Assembly (NCBI RefSeq): GCF_009914755.1
Contig: NC_060928.1
DNA length: 64,000 nt
From: the human T2T-CHM13v2.0 reference genome, Homo sapiens
Strand: one strand, 5' to 3'
Part shown: piece after piece, positions 13,977-27,284 of the stretch
How positions within the stretch are numbered: the stretch's first letter is position 1
Layout of the letters: the number at the start of each line of letters is the position of its first letter
The notes under the pieces: model-generated
Databases searched by the model: none
What the model saw: only the letters and a program-made list of their open reading frames with translations
What the model was told of the DNA's origin: nothing
Program-made: the position numbers and the translations under genes

Positions 13977-14009
13977 GGCTGCCAGGGCCCTGTGGCTTCC
14001 TCATACCAG
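13977..14009 (+). CDS. SLIT2: Candidate 33-nt in-frame cassette microexon of SLIT2 (alternative acceptor gives 24 nt, 13986-14009)
   Basis: CTAAC branch motif (13922-13926), AG-free pyrimidine tract, ctcctag acceptor, CAG|GTAAGG donor; phase 1-1, no stop (GLPGPCGFLIP). Splice-site pattern only, no transcript evidence. Confidence 0.35.
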
Positions 14010-14309
14010 GTAAGGAGAAACAGGCCCTCCCCAGTGTTCAGCCCAAACCTTCTGACTCGCCTTATGTGCTGCAGCCTTCCTGTGTTGATGTTCTTGTTTC
14101 TTGCTTGTTTGTATCCCTTTCTTTTCCCTTTGTTTGATGTATTTGTGAATCTAAATATTGTCAGAATAACAAATATTATTTTCCTTTTTATTACAAGAAT
14201 AATACATGCCCCTAAATAGAAAAATATGAATAATAAGAAACAATTTATTTTCTGCAAGAAGAAATAAAATTAACCATTAGTCAGCATACCTGGAGATAAC
14301 GACTACTAA

Positions 14310-14737
<428 letters not shown>

Positions 14738-14994
14738 AGATTGTGTGTATTTTAAGAAGGTCACTCATCATTATTAGATGGAGGAGAGAAATTCTTGAAA
14801 ATGTTAAATGTCTAATCAGAAAATATTGATTAAGCATGTTTTATGTGCAAAACTCAATCCTAGGTGTTATGGAGCATAGAGAACTTCATGGTATGGCCTT
14901 GCCTTCCATGATTTGAAAACCTAACTAAAAAGATAAGCTTTCAACATTTGAATATTTATGGAGGAAAAACGTACTTAAGTAGGTAATGCTGTGC

Positions 14995-15225
14995 GGTGGG
15001 TTGCAGTGTGAGCTCTGAAGCCCAGCCTGGCTGGAGCCAAATTCCAGCTTCACTTTTTGGTAAGAGTTAACTGTAGTTTAATTACTTTACTAGTCTGTGC
15101 CTCGGTTTCCTCATTGTAAGCAAAGGTGGTGATGGTTACAGTCTGAAAGGATTTTGTTAAGATTAGATAATATAGATAAAAGACTGCCTCAAACACAGAA
15201 ACATTCAATATGTTAGCTGCTGATT
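14995..15225 (+). mobile_element. MIR
   Basis: gtctgtgcctcggtttcctcattgtaa...gattttgttaagattagataa. Confidence 0.6.
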
Positions 15226-16237
15226 GTATTGTTATAACATTTCAAAACACCAAAAAAAGGTGATGTAGGACACTTCATGGTTTATTAATAAAAAAGTAAT
15301 TTTCAAATCCTATACATACCCTCAACGTTTTTAATTTGGCCTCTAATGTATTTCATGGTGGTAAATGTTTGCAAAAGGTAATTTGCACCACATTGTAAAT
15401 ATTGACATTTTAAAACAAAACTCATCTGAGATTTTTTTTAAATGTATCTGGTGGAATCTAAATATCAGAGCTAATTTTATAAAAGGAAAAAAACAAGATC
15501 CCCCGTAATATATTGCATTGTTTTTTTCTTAAACTGTATTTTCTCCTTGAATTCCTATTTTCAATACCCCAGAAAATTGTGTCATTTTTTTGCTCCAAAA
15601 ACTATGTATACAATTGAAATTTTAAAATTTCCTGCCACCAAAAGGCTGTAAGTTTTTACATCTTCTTTGAATTGAATTATTGCTGTTAATATTAGTGCAT
15701 CACTGATTGAAACTACATAATTATTTATCAATATTTTATTTTATTTAAAGTTGAAAGTGAAATTTTATTGCAGTGCCTCTCTGGGATTATGTGCATTGAT
15801 TGCAAGAATTTTTGCAATAATCTTTCCTTTACGATCCTAGATCTTTATTGGGACAGTGTCCTGTGATAAGTTTCTGGTGGGCCGAGAAGTATATCATTAT
15901 TTTGTAACGTGAGAGAGAGATGATTGTCAAAGGGGAGGAAAGGAAGGTGAAACTGGCATAAAACCTTCTACTCAGCACATTATCAGGCAAATTTCATGGG
16001 GAAGTTGACAAACTGCAAACTGATTCTGTTACACCTTTCTGTGCCCAGCGATACTCATACTTTATTTTCAATAATGCTAATGCTTATCTGTATTTCTTAA
16101 AGTTTATAATTCCCTACAGGTATTTCTTGAAAAAAAATTATAACACAAATCTGAAAAAAGTTGCATATTTGTACTCCACTCTTAGAGCATCACAGTTTAC
16201 ACTAATTTGTGAAATGCTCTTGGAAGTCCAAGATAAG

Positions 16238-18295
16238 TCCCCTGTCTCTCTCTCTCTCTTTCACCTTGGGAATCCCAATTCTCTGAGACCCAACAATACT
16301 GAAATTAGGCCAGACATAACACTACAGTGGTCTCTAAGTGTTCAAGTGAAAGAAAGAGTCTCATATCTCTCACATTAAATCAAAAGCTAGAAATTATTAA
16401 CAACAACAACAACAACAAAAAGTGTAGCAAGGAAGGCCACGTTGAAAGCCGAGAGAGACCCAAAGCTAAGCCTCTTGTGCCAAACAGTTAGCCAAGTTGT
16501 GAATACAAAGCAAAAGTTCTTGAAGGAAATTAAAAGTGTTATTCCAGCAAACAGACCAATGATAAGAAAATGAAACAGCCTTATTGCTGATATGGAGAAA
16601 GTGTTAGTGATCCAAATGGAAGACCAAACCAGCCACAAAATTCCTTTAAACAAAACCCTAACCTAAAGCAAGGCCCCAACTCTCTTTATTTTTATGAAGG
16701 CTCAGAGAAGTGAGGAAGCTGTAGAAGAAAAGTTGGAAACTAGCAGAGGTTGATTCTTGAGGTTTAAGGAAACAAGCCTTCTCTGTAACATGAAAGTGCA
16801 AGGTGAAGCTCCAAGTACTGATGTAGAAGCTACAGCAAGTTACCCAGAAGATCTAAGATAATTGATGAAGGTGGTGACACTGTTAAACAACAGATTTTCA
16901 ATGTAGATGAAACAGACTTTATTGGAAGCAGATGTCATCTAGGATTTTCATAGCTAAAGAGAAGTCAGTGCCTGGCTTCAAAGTTTCAGAGGACAGGCTG
17001 ACTGTCTTGTTAGGGGCTAAGAAGTTGAAGCCAATGCTCATTTACCATTCCAAAAATCCTAGAGCCCTTGATAATTACGGTAAATCTACTCTGCTTATGC
17101 TCTATAAATGGAACAACAGAGCCTAGATGAGAGTACACCTGTTTACAGCATGGTTTCCTGAATAATTTAAGCCCATTCTTGAGACTTGTTGCTCAGAATG
17201 ATTTGTTTCATAATATTACTGCTTCTTCACAGTGCACCTAGTCACCCAAGAGCTCTGATGGAAATACACAAGGAGAATGATGTTTATATGCCTGCTGATG
17301 CAATATCCATTCTGCAGCCCATGGATAAAGGAATAATTTTGATTTTCAAGTCTTATTTCAGAAATACATTTTATAAGGCTACAGCAGCTGTACATAGTGG
17401 TTCTTCTGATGGATTTGGGCATAGTAAATTGAAATCCTTCTGGAAAAGATTCACCATTCTAGATGACATTAAGAACATTTGTGATTCATGGGAGGAGAGC
17501 AAAATATCCATATTAACAGGAGTTTGGAAGAAGTTGATTCCAATCTGCATAGATGACTTTGAAGAGTTGAAAACTTCAATAGAGTAGGTAACTACACATG
17601 TGGTAGAAATAGCAAGAGATTAGAATTAGAAGTGGAGCCTGAAGATGTGACTGAATTGCTGCAGTCTCATGATAAAACTTCAATGAATAAGGAGATGCTT
17701 CTTACGGATGAGCAAACAAAGTGGTTTATTGAGATGAAGTCCACTCCTGGTGAAGATGCTGTGAACATTGTTGAAATAGCCACAAAGGATTTAGAATATT
17801 ATATAAACTTAGTTGATAACACAATGGCAGAGTTTGAGAGGATTGACTCCAATTTTGAAAAAATGTTCTACTGTGGATAAAAGGCTATCAAACAGCATCA
17901 CATACTACAGAGAAATATCTGGTGAAAGGAAGAGTCAATTGAGGCAGCAAAATTCATTGTTGTCTTATTTTAAGAAATTGCTACAGCCACCCCAACCTTC
18001 AGCAACCATTACCCTGATCAGTCTCACCAGCCACTAACTCCAAGGAGACAACCTTGGCTAGCAGAAAGATTACAACTAACTGAAGGCTCAGATGATCATT
18101 CACATTTTTTAGCAATAAAATATTTTATAATTAAGGTATTGCATTTTAAGACACATTTAACATATAATAGTATAGTTAAAAATAACTTTTATATGCACTG
18201 GCAAACCAAAAAATTTGTTTGACTGTCTTTATTGCAATATTCACTTTATTGCGGTAGTCTGGAACCAAACCCACAATATCTCCAAGGTCTGCCTG
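16238..18295 (+). mobile_element. Tigger1 DNA transposon (TcMar-Tigger), ~2.06 kb, 5'-truncated, transposase pseudogenised
   Basis: broken pogo/CENP-B-like DDE transposase ORFs (16932-17126, 17186-17587, 17632-17880: [21 protein letters not shown]); 3' end gtctggaaccaaacccacaatatctccaaggtctgcctg followed by TA. Confidence 0.92.
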
Positions 18296-18441
18296 TACAT
18301 ACATTCATACCTACGTACATCTTTGTGTAACTCAGTATTTATCTGACTAACTTGAGCTTTTTTTACATTTAATGACTATAGAATCTCATGTACTTAATGT
18401 AGCATGAATGGAAATATGTTTCAGGGAAAATTAGCACTTTT

Positions 18442-18645
18442 CAGCACTGCCCAATACAACTTTCTATAGTAATAGAAATGTTCCAAATCTGCACTATTCA
18501 ATGTGGTAGCCACTAGTTACATAGGATTATAGAGCACTTACAATATGGCTAATGCAATTGAGAAAAATAATTGTTATTTTATTTTATTTACATTTAAACT
18601 GAAATATACATGCATGTCTAGTGGCTACCATAGTGGATAGTGTAG
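18442..18645 (+). mobile_element. MER3 (hAT-Charlie MITE)
   Basis: cagcactgcccaatacaactttct...ggtagccactag...ctagtggctacca internal inverted repeats. Confidence 0.75.
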
Positions 18646-19234
18646 TTGCTACAAGAACTCAGAGGGATAATTTGTGTAAAAGAAGGAGGGCTGTGAAAGA
18701 TGTAATGACATAAGTGGACAAGCAGACAAGTGTGAGGATAATGCTACAGGTGGGCATAACTGTGGGAGCAGAGCTTGCACGTAGGAAACTTCTGGACCTG
18801 TTCCAGGGCCACCAAAAACAGTTGAGCTAAAACTTGTTAATTGTCAGATGATGTAAAGCCTAAATTTATCATTTCAACTGTGGAAGTTCAGTTTAATATT
18901 CACTAAACTATAAGATCAATAGATTGCACGTATTTCAAAGTATACCTTAAATAGCAAACAGCATGCGTGTAAGCCAGTTGGCAAGCAGAGTAGACATTCA
19001 AGACTCAATCAATATAGTTGCAGTTGCGTTTAGAAGACTTAAGAGTTTACTCAGTTTTTCTGTAACTGAATTTTAGAGTGATAGGCACTGAAACTTACAG
19101 TGCCCTTTGCCAGCATTTGTCTCAGCATTTGTCAAGCTATTTTGAAGTTTCATTGTCCTATTAATGAAGACTCTGCTAGTTCAAGGTTTATGACAGTTTA
19201 GACTGGATAGTTGCCAATACTACTACCACTACAA

Positions 19235-19465
19235 ATAATAATAACAATAATAGCTAAGTTCTATTGAATAGTTTACCTAATGCTGAGTACTTTACATAGA
19301 TTTTTATCTCTTTTAATCTTTCCGCCATTCTTATAGTGAAAACTATCATTTCCCCATTTGAGATATGAAAATATTGTATTTTAGAGTTATTAAGCAATTT
19401 TTAAAAATCACTCAGCTGCCGACTGGAGTCAGAATTTGAACCTTGACTCTGATTCCAAAGCTTAC
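19235..19465 (-). mobile_element. MIR
   Basis: aataatagctaa...tccccatttgagatatgaaa...ggagtcagaatttgaacc. Confidence 0.6.
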
Positions 19466-20481
19466 TGCTTAAGTTTATTTTAAAGTTTTTAATAAAAGTA
19501 TTTTCAAAATAAATTTTCAGTGTAAATAAGATTGCCACCCTATTATTGAAACATACTTAGAAAATGAAAATTCTGAACTACCCTCAAAAGCTTTACTAGA
19601 AATATTTACTTGTAAAAATGGATTGGTAGAAGGCCAAGTATTTTAATCTATTAATTAAAATAATTCATTCAAGGAAATCCACTGAGTACTATACTATTAA
19701 GCATATATGCTTTTTGAGTTTTAAAGCAGCAAAGTCATGTTTCTTTAAATGTTTTATAATTGAGGTTTACATATTTTAACTTAACTTTCCCTCTAGTTAT
19801 GCCAGTCTAATGTATTTTTATTTTATTCATGAAAATTATGTAAGTACAAACTCTCAATATTAAGGTTTGTCAATGTATAATTTCAAAATATAGCAGGAAG
19901 ACAAATATTTTTAATTGAATGCATGTTTACATAGCTATATTTAAATACAATTTAAATGTTTTTTTCTGCTAAAGGATGCCATGCTGTTATTTTGAGTCAT
20001 TAACTATTTTAATAAAGACAAAAGTGTTTTCTTTATGGTAAACTCTCATCATTTTGATGCATAACAGAAATAAATGAACAGGAAGAAATTGATTATCAGA
20101 TCATATTTAATTAATACCCAGATAGAGCATCCCTGAGTGGGAAGCAGATGGCCATGACTTGTCTTTATAACCCAAATGTCCTGACCTCATCTTTTAAATA
20201 TAAGATGACGTTAGAGTGATTAAGCAGTCTGCAATAAAACAGTTTTTGTCCTCTCCAGATAGTCATTGAGAAAGTCAGTGTGGAAAGTGGAACATTGTTA
20301 ATTTCTAATATTCCCTTTATTTCTCTTGGTTCAGGAAGTTTTAGCTATGGAGGCAACTAAATTATTTTTTTATTTGAAAGACATTTATTAAATAATTACA
20401 TATGCTAATGAGTGAACAATCTAATGGAGATGACTTACATGTGCTGAAGAGTGAACAGACTCATGGAGATGAATGATATGT

Positions 20482-20610
20482 TTATTCATTAATTAAACAA
20501 ATATTATTCAAGTTCGTACAATGTTCAAGGCACTGTGTCTAGGTGATAAGAATACAACAATAAACAATTCAGAGTAAAACCTCTGTCCTCATGGACCTGA
20601 TACTCTACTG
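20482..20610 (-). mobile_element. L2 3' end fragment
   Basis: ttcattaattaaacaaatatt...aggcactgtgtctagg...ctctgtcctcatggac. Confidence 0.55.
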
Positions 20611-21839
20611 ATAGATACTTTTAAATAGATAATTCTAAAAAATGGTATGGAAGTCTGGTGATAGAAATATGTGTAAGATGCTAATAATATATCTATACCA
20701 GATGACTATGGAATTGTAACTGATACTGTCAGGTCCAAGAGGCCAACAGGAAATTCTTCTTTTGAATCAAATGGAGTATAACACAAAGAGGGGAGGAGGC
20801 CCAAAAGGGGAGGGGTCTGGTAGCCATGAGCTCAAAAGAAAGGCCAGGATACGATGCTGAATGTACCTCATTACTTCATTTGTAAAGGCCAGCTGAAGGA
20901 TCAAAGAAACCTGAAACATTGGCATAACCCATGATAATCAACATTTAGCATGCTGTGGTTGATCTCTTCCTCTAATTTTATATGTTAGGAATCCTCTAGA
21001 TTCTGGAATTCCTGTGAAAAACTTCACAATTCTCAGCAATAACATTGTAATATTATTGTTTTTCTTAGCAAGTTGATGTTTTCCATTTTGGACGAGTTTT
21101 TGATAGGCTTGAGTGGGAGCTTTTGTTCTGTGTCTTAAAATTATTGATATTGTCGTTAGTCGTTGAATTAAGCATGAAGGTGATTAAATAATTGAGCCCA
21201 ACCTAAAGCAATGAAAAATTCAGTTTTGAAGCATTATTTAGATCAGTTTTGAAGCATTATTTAGAATAATAATTATTCAAAACTGATCAGTTAGATCAGT
21301 TTTGAAGCATTATTTAGAACTTGGTCAAATCTTTTTTACATTTTCAGATTTAGTATTACTAGTACATAGTTGTATCTTGGAAATTACCTTAGATTTTGGA
21401 GGTTTTGATTTGCTTATTGGCTAAAGAGAACATTCAGGTTTGGATATGGTAGTATGCTAAACGTACCATTTAAAAAAGGGGGGGCTCTTTTATTATACTT
21501 TTTAAAACTTAAAACACTGGGAAAAACTTAACAGATATTTATTTTAATAGGTAAAGAGAACTAGCAATTAATGCTCTGTTCTTATATGTTTTACATCCAT
21601 ATTCTCTCCAATGCAAAGATTTTATAAAATAATTATTGCCCTTTCCATGTAATTTTGGCTCAGGAAGTTCATTTAGTGGCCCAAAGTCACATGTAGGTGT
21701 TGCGAATGGCCAAGCCTGGTAATCCAAAAGGTGTAGTAATTTAGCCTTTGTGTTTTTAGCTAACGATTTTTACAATGCAAATTTACAGGATTTTAACCTC
21801 TGTCATCTGGAGATCATCTCCACCCCTCCACTGAAACTA

Positions 21840-22335
21840 GAACACCAGTATCTTCTATCTTGCCAATTTAGTGGCTTCTTTTTACTTATCTTTATTTGCT
21901 GTCTTTACATCTTCGACATTGGTGGCCACTTCTCCTTCCTCTACAATCTCTTGGCTTCCTCATTCCTTTTATTTTTTCACCCACTTTTTCATGTAGACAT
22001 GTAGCATTCTATCTTTAGCCCTATCAAATTCTCAGTAGATTTCAATCCATGCCTTTAAATTTCTAGCCATGGCTTTTCTTAAGAACTTCACATTCATATT
22101 TCCATTCACTTAGTGGATTCTTCTCCCTTGATGGCTTGCAGAAACTTGAAACACATATTCTAAGACATGCATTCTCATTCCCCACATCCACTCTCTAATT
22201 GATACATGTATGTCTCTCCTGCTAAACTGTAAGTTTTTTCAGAAATTCAGGCATTTCACTTGTCTTTGGTCTCTGAAAATCTGGCCTAGTCCCTGGCACA
22301 ATGTAGATGCTCAGTAAATATTTGATAAATTAATG
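21840..22335 (+). mobile_element. L2 fragment including 3' end
   Basis: pyrimidine-rich L2 body and cctggcacaatgtagatgctcagtaaatatttg tail. Confidence 0.5.
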
Positions 22336-25300
22336 ATGGAATGTTGTTAACAAATATGCATTTGGTATTATTAATAAAACTTGAGAAATGCCATAATGTA
22401 ATTGCAAGTGGAGCGTAAAAGCATTGGTTTTAAATAAAAACCTTCTTTTAGTTAATTATACCCAACATCAAATATCCCCAGGATGTTTTCCTGAGTTGCC
22501 TTTGATGTACCTCTGGCTTGATAGAAGGGCAGTGCTAGAGGATTTTGTTATTTGACCCATGTTTCCAAGGGATGCCAGAATGAAGGCAGATTCTAGAATA
22601 TAGCTAGAAGTTTTTGTCTGGAGCTTTTGGTAATAAATCAAAATGAGATACAGTACTCACTGGGTAGCAATAGTGGTGTCAGGTGCGTAACTAGTGATTT
22701 TAGTCAAGTAAGCTAGTCTGCCTACAGGCTTTAATGGAATCGAGGTCCAACAGTTCTTCCATTAAAGATTAAAGTAACTGACAGAGACAGATTGTTAACC
22801 AAACTTTCTTCTCATTTTCTCTTTGAATTATTAAGCTAACCACACCTCCACCCATATAGCTAATGCTATAGTGCTCTCTTAATCAAAACCAAATCTTAAA
22901 TCAATCCAGTTCACCTCGACTGTTCTCCTTCATTTTAGTGATGTTAGTAAAGATCTTTATCCCTGAAGCTACGTTTCCTTTCCCCTCCGTGGCACACATC
23001 TCATGAAAGCTAATTTGTTAATAATATGTTAACATTTCTTGGAACCAGTTAGCTTTAGAAAGGAGAAAAGCTTAAAGATTGCAGTTCTTTACCAAGCAGC
23101 AATGAAAGAACAAAGAGAACCTCTTCTGTTTCTTAAAGGTGTACTATTATTTCTGGTGCTTGTCCACACCTAATTTGTAAATCACAGTTGCTTTCCCTAA
23201 CAGCTTAAAGTCATTAACTCTCAGTGTTGTACCCGGTGCCCACTTCTATTTCCCATGGGTTTCCTAATAGTCCCTGTAGTTTCCCCAAATTTGAGCAGCT
23301 CCTAGCATATATAGAAGGCTCTCAGGGAGACTGTGATGAATAGATAAACAGCAAGATCTAATTTGCCTTTGTCTGTGTTGAAATTTGGACAAACAAGAAA
23401 ATGACTGCTTTTCTCCTTTTAAATAAAACACTTTTTGTTCCTCCTACCTATTCCAACTCTCTGGAAGTCTAAGAAAGAGTGTCAGTACTTGCCGTAATTT
23501 TGTATTTGATCTCACTAGGTTCCCTCCTTGACATTCATTGACATCTTAAAACAACCTATTGGAATGGCTGCCATTATCCTAATACCACACACTTAAGTAG
23601 TAAATCTGGGTTTAACTTGGGTTGGTGGATTTCAGATCCTATGCCCAAGATTGCTACATATTATGGACATCTTTTCACCTAGGACTGATCAAGTGTGGAA
23701 AATTCTGCCAAGTGTTGGCTTGCTCGTGGAGAGGTGTGCTTCTTCCCTCATTTTATGACTTTATTTGGCATCTCTTTTTAGCTCTGATATCATCTCCTTA
23801 TTGTATAAACAGATTAAAGTTGTCATTCTCCTTGATTAAGAAGATTTCAGGAGAGGTGCTCTGAGAAAGTGTAGTGGATAGAAAATGAATCACAAGTTGA
23901 ATGCAAATAGAAGACAGAAGATGGACTTAGAAGGGCAAAATATGGACAGGGAGATGAATGGGAGGAGAGCCAGATGCAAAGAATATTATTTCAAGAGATT
24001 AGACTATAGAAACAAGTGGATTTAGATAAACCAGGTAGATGTAAAAATCACATTCTGAAAAGGATTTTTGGTTAAGGAGAATTACAAGCTACATAAAATA
24101 GGAAAAGAAATTATATCATATTTAGACCTTTAGAGATATGAGAGGAGGCTGCTATGTGGAATTTGTTTGACTTACAAACATCTTTTGTATTACCCTTCAC
24201 TCAAACTCAAGTGCTAGAAATAAGAAATGATTGTTGAATAACTGGGTTTTAAAAGATATGAAAAACAAGAAGCAAATAGAATGATAGCTAACTTTACCAT
24301 TTTGGTAAAGTTGGTAGTCATGAGCTTTACCAACCTGAAGAAGTTGGAACTCAGTATTTTGCTATATTCCCAAACCCTATGCCACAATCAGTTCAGCAGG
24401 TTTAAGAAATTGTTAAAAGAGTCCTGAGTGTATGAGAATGCTTGTTATCTTGATTTTTTTTTTTAGCTAAACTGAACATATATGAGGAGGCAACAATCTC
24501 CCATAACAAATTCCAGATATGAAAATAATTCAGCATAATTATCTCTGTGGAAAACCAAATTTGGTCTGGAATAAAATGCAAAGAAATTAGATAGTGATTA
24601 TTAATCAGATATGGTCCGGTGGACATTTATTAAATAAATCCCCACTACGTGGTAAAATGAACATGAACTACTTCAGCCAGGCAATGATGCTGCCAGTATA
24701 CTCGATTAAATTCTTCAAAGTGTATTCCATTTTCTTCCCTAAGACAATCTCTTTAATTTCTCATCTAATTACTCAAACATAATTTTTGGAACATGTCACA
24801 TTCCACAGGATGAACTTACAAACTGCCAACCCCAAACTCCTTTTATTTAAACCACAGCCTTACAAGGTTGAAAGCACAGTAACAGGCCAAAAGACATTTT
24901 TTCTCGAGGCCGTGGGATGTGGCCAGATAAATGCTTATAGTCGTTGCATTTGCTGACTTGCTGTTTTGCTGGCATACGTTCTTCACCGTTCCATCCTACG
25001 CCTTTGTTCTGAGTTAGGTTCTTTCCTGTAAACTATTAAGGGATCTGCTAGCAATGAGCTATTTTCTTTCCTCTTGCTGACTCATATATAACTTTAGCAA
25101 ACTCAAAACCATTTATTGTTAGGTATTATGCTAATTTAACTAACTGCTTTCACTGTCACCATTCATTTCTGCAGTGTGCTGAACAGCTAAGTTTTTTGCC
25201 CTTAATTGATAAATAAATTGGGGAGGGCGGAGAGAAATTAAATTTCTATGGAGCTTACTTTACTTCAGAATTAATGCCAGCAGTTTCCCAGCTGTAATTT

Positions 25301-26930
25301 GATATAGAGACTCCTTTAGTTATTGTAGTTACCAAGACAAAATGTAAGGGACATTAGCACTGGCACAGTCTCTCCTAGTGACTGAGGCATCACTAGAAGA
25401 AGTAAGCACCACCTCTTTCCCTTAATACGGTCATCCTAGGAACAGTTAATTTTCTCCTAATGGTTAAAAACAAACAAACAAAAAACAATTTCTATGTGGA
25501 TACATTTCAAGAGTTTTTTAATCGATAGGAAAGCTAAACACTACAGGACACTATCATTTTCATGGATTTTAATTCAATACTGTTACTTGAATATGTGCTA
25601 GTATTTCCCAGGGTAAAGGATATGAAGAGATACAATGAATCTCTGTGGCCACCATATTTATTCATGTTCTCTTACATACATGAGTTTCTTTCAGTAGATC
25701 AACAACGCAAGCGTGGGCTGTAATCTGTAGAATAATTTGATGCAGGTAGTTTATGTGAGTAGAAGTTATATAGCTTTTTGGTGAAGGCACCTTAGAAGGT
25801 TAGAGCAGTAACGGTGGGGGTGCAGAGCTGCTCTGTAATTATCCACATAACTTTGCTAGAAATTGCTTGTGATAAAATGTTCAATTAGAATTATTGCTGC
25901 TTGTTCCAGTGAAGATAAAGAACTACAGAGAAATACTACAGAGTGAAATATAATTAATGTTGACAGTAAGAAATGTATGTGTTTTATGTATAAAGATGTC
26001 AGTGTCCTTTTCAGACACATTTGCCAAAAGGCCTTGTGGTGAGCTCTCACACAGAATGCACAAAGTATCATAGGTGGAACATACTTTTATTGAGGACAGT
26101 ACAATTTCCACATTGTTAGTCATTTGTCCAATAAGTATTTGTGAACAAAGGAAAATGGCTGTGGCTAAATATGCATTTAATCGAGACCTTACAGCTCTTG
26201 AAGTCTTTTAAAGATGTCTCCCAAAACATGATTTTGCAAGTAAAGATCGTTTCAAAGATGTTTTCTTTTTGGAGAGGAAGATACAGAAACATCACCCATC
26301 ACATATTGTGCAAATGAACCAACAAATAAACCGAATCAAAAGGAAATGAGGGAGATGATAATGAAGGTTACACTTTTGGTTTATTTCTATATGCATAAAG
26401 TGGCACTGTTTTGTATCTCCTATATGAAAGTCGTACTACTGAGTCAATGTTACCTGGGCAGGTGCATTGTATTGTGTATTTAATTACAGTGTTAAATTTC
26501 TACTTATTTCTAAAATTTGCTCACCCCACACCACACCCACACACGTAGTCTTCTCTGGGACTGACAATAGGCATGTCCATGAAGCAGGAGGAGGTTAAAG
26601 TACAGACAATGGCCAAGAAACACATCCACATAAACTAGTCAGCCCATGAGGGGACTCTGTGACACTGGCACCATTAACATCAGATACCAACTCAGAGTCC
26701 CACACTGACTTCAGAGAGGCTCACAGTACATCCAATTGAGAAGGCCTCCTGTTGCATTCTTGAACATCATCGGAGGATGCTGATTTCTGGCTTGTCATGG
26801 ATGAGAGACACATATAGATATGTGACCAATAATAATTTTATATGAAATTTACCATTACATTAAGGCATACAAGTAATTAAAAGTAAACTGGAAGAGCGTC
26901 AGTTGCTTATATTTTTGAATTAATTTTCAG

Positions 26931-27055
26931 GTCCTGTGGATGTCAATATTCTAGCTAAGTGTAACCCCTGCCTATCAAATCCGTGTAAAAATGATGGCAC
27001 ATGTAATAGTGATCCAGTTGACTTTTACCGATGCACCTGTCCATATGGTTTCAAG
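26931..27055 (+). CDS. SLIT2: SLIT2 coding exon (~27), EGF1
   Basis: ttttcag|GT CCT ... TTC AAG|gtaag; 125 nt; [42 protein letters not shown]. Confidence 0.97.
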
Positions 27056-27186
27056 GTAAGTAAAAGCACTTTAAGAGTCACAGTTTGAGAGCATAACTTT
27101 TCTTGGTGTGCCTTTATTATTCTACTGTGCTTTCTGTATGTGCCAAGAACTACTTCACTCGACTATACTTGCCCCTTCTTCTCCAG

Positions 27187-27284
27187 GGGCAGGACTGTGA
27201 TGTCCCAATTCATGCCTGCATCAGTAACCCATGTAAACATGGAGGAACTTGCCACTTAAAGGAAGGAGAAGAAGATGGATTCTG
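27187..27284 (+). CDS. SLIT2: SLIT2 coding exon (~28), EGF2
   Basis: ctccag|GGG CAG ... TTC TG|gtagg; 98 nt; [33 protein letters not shown]. Confidence 0.97.

Noticed and set aside
16116-16130. tacaggtatttctt as the 5' TIR of the Tigger1
   Set aside because: Only a partial match to the expected terminus, and the following ~110 nt do not look like Tigger1.
16932-18037. ORFs with transposase similarity suggesting a domesticated TIGD-like gene
   Set aside because: Multiple stops and frameshifts and a missing 5' end; ordinary decayed Tigger1.
21220-21318. Short direct repeats resembling a CRISPR array
   Set aside because: Eukaryotic intron, no regular unique spacers and no cas genes; explained as a templated duplication.
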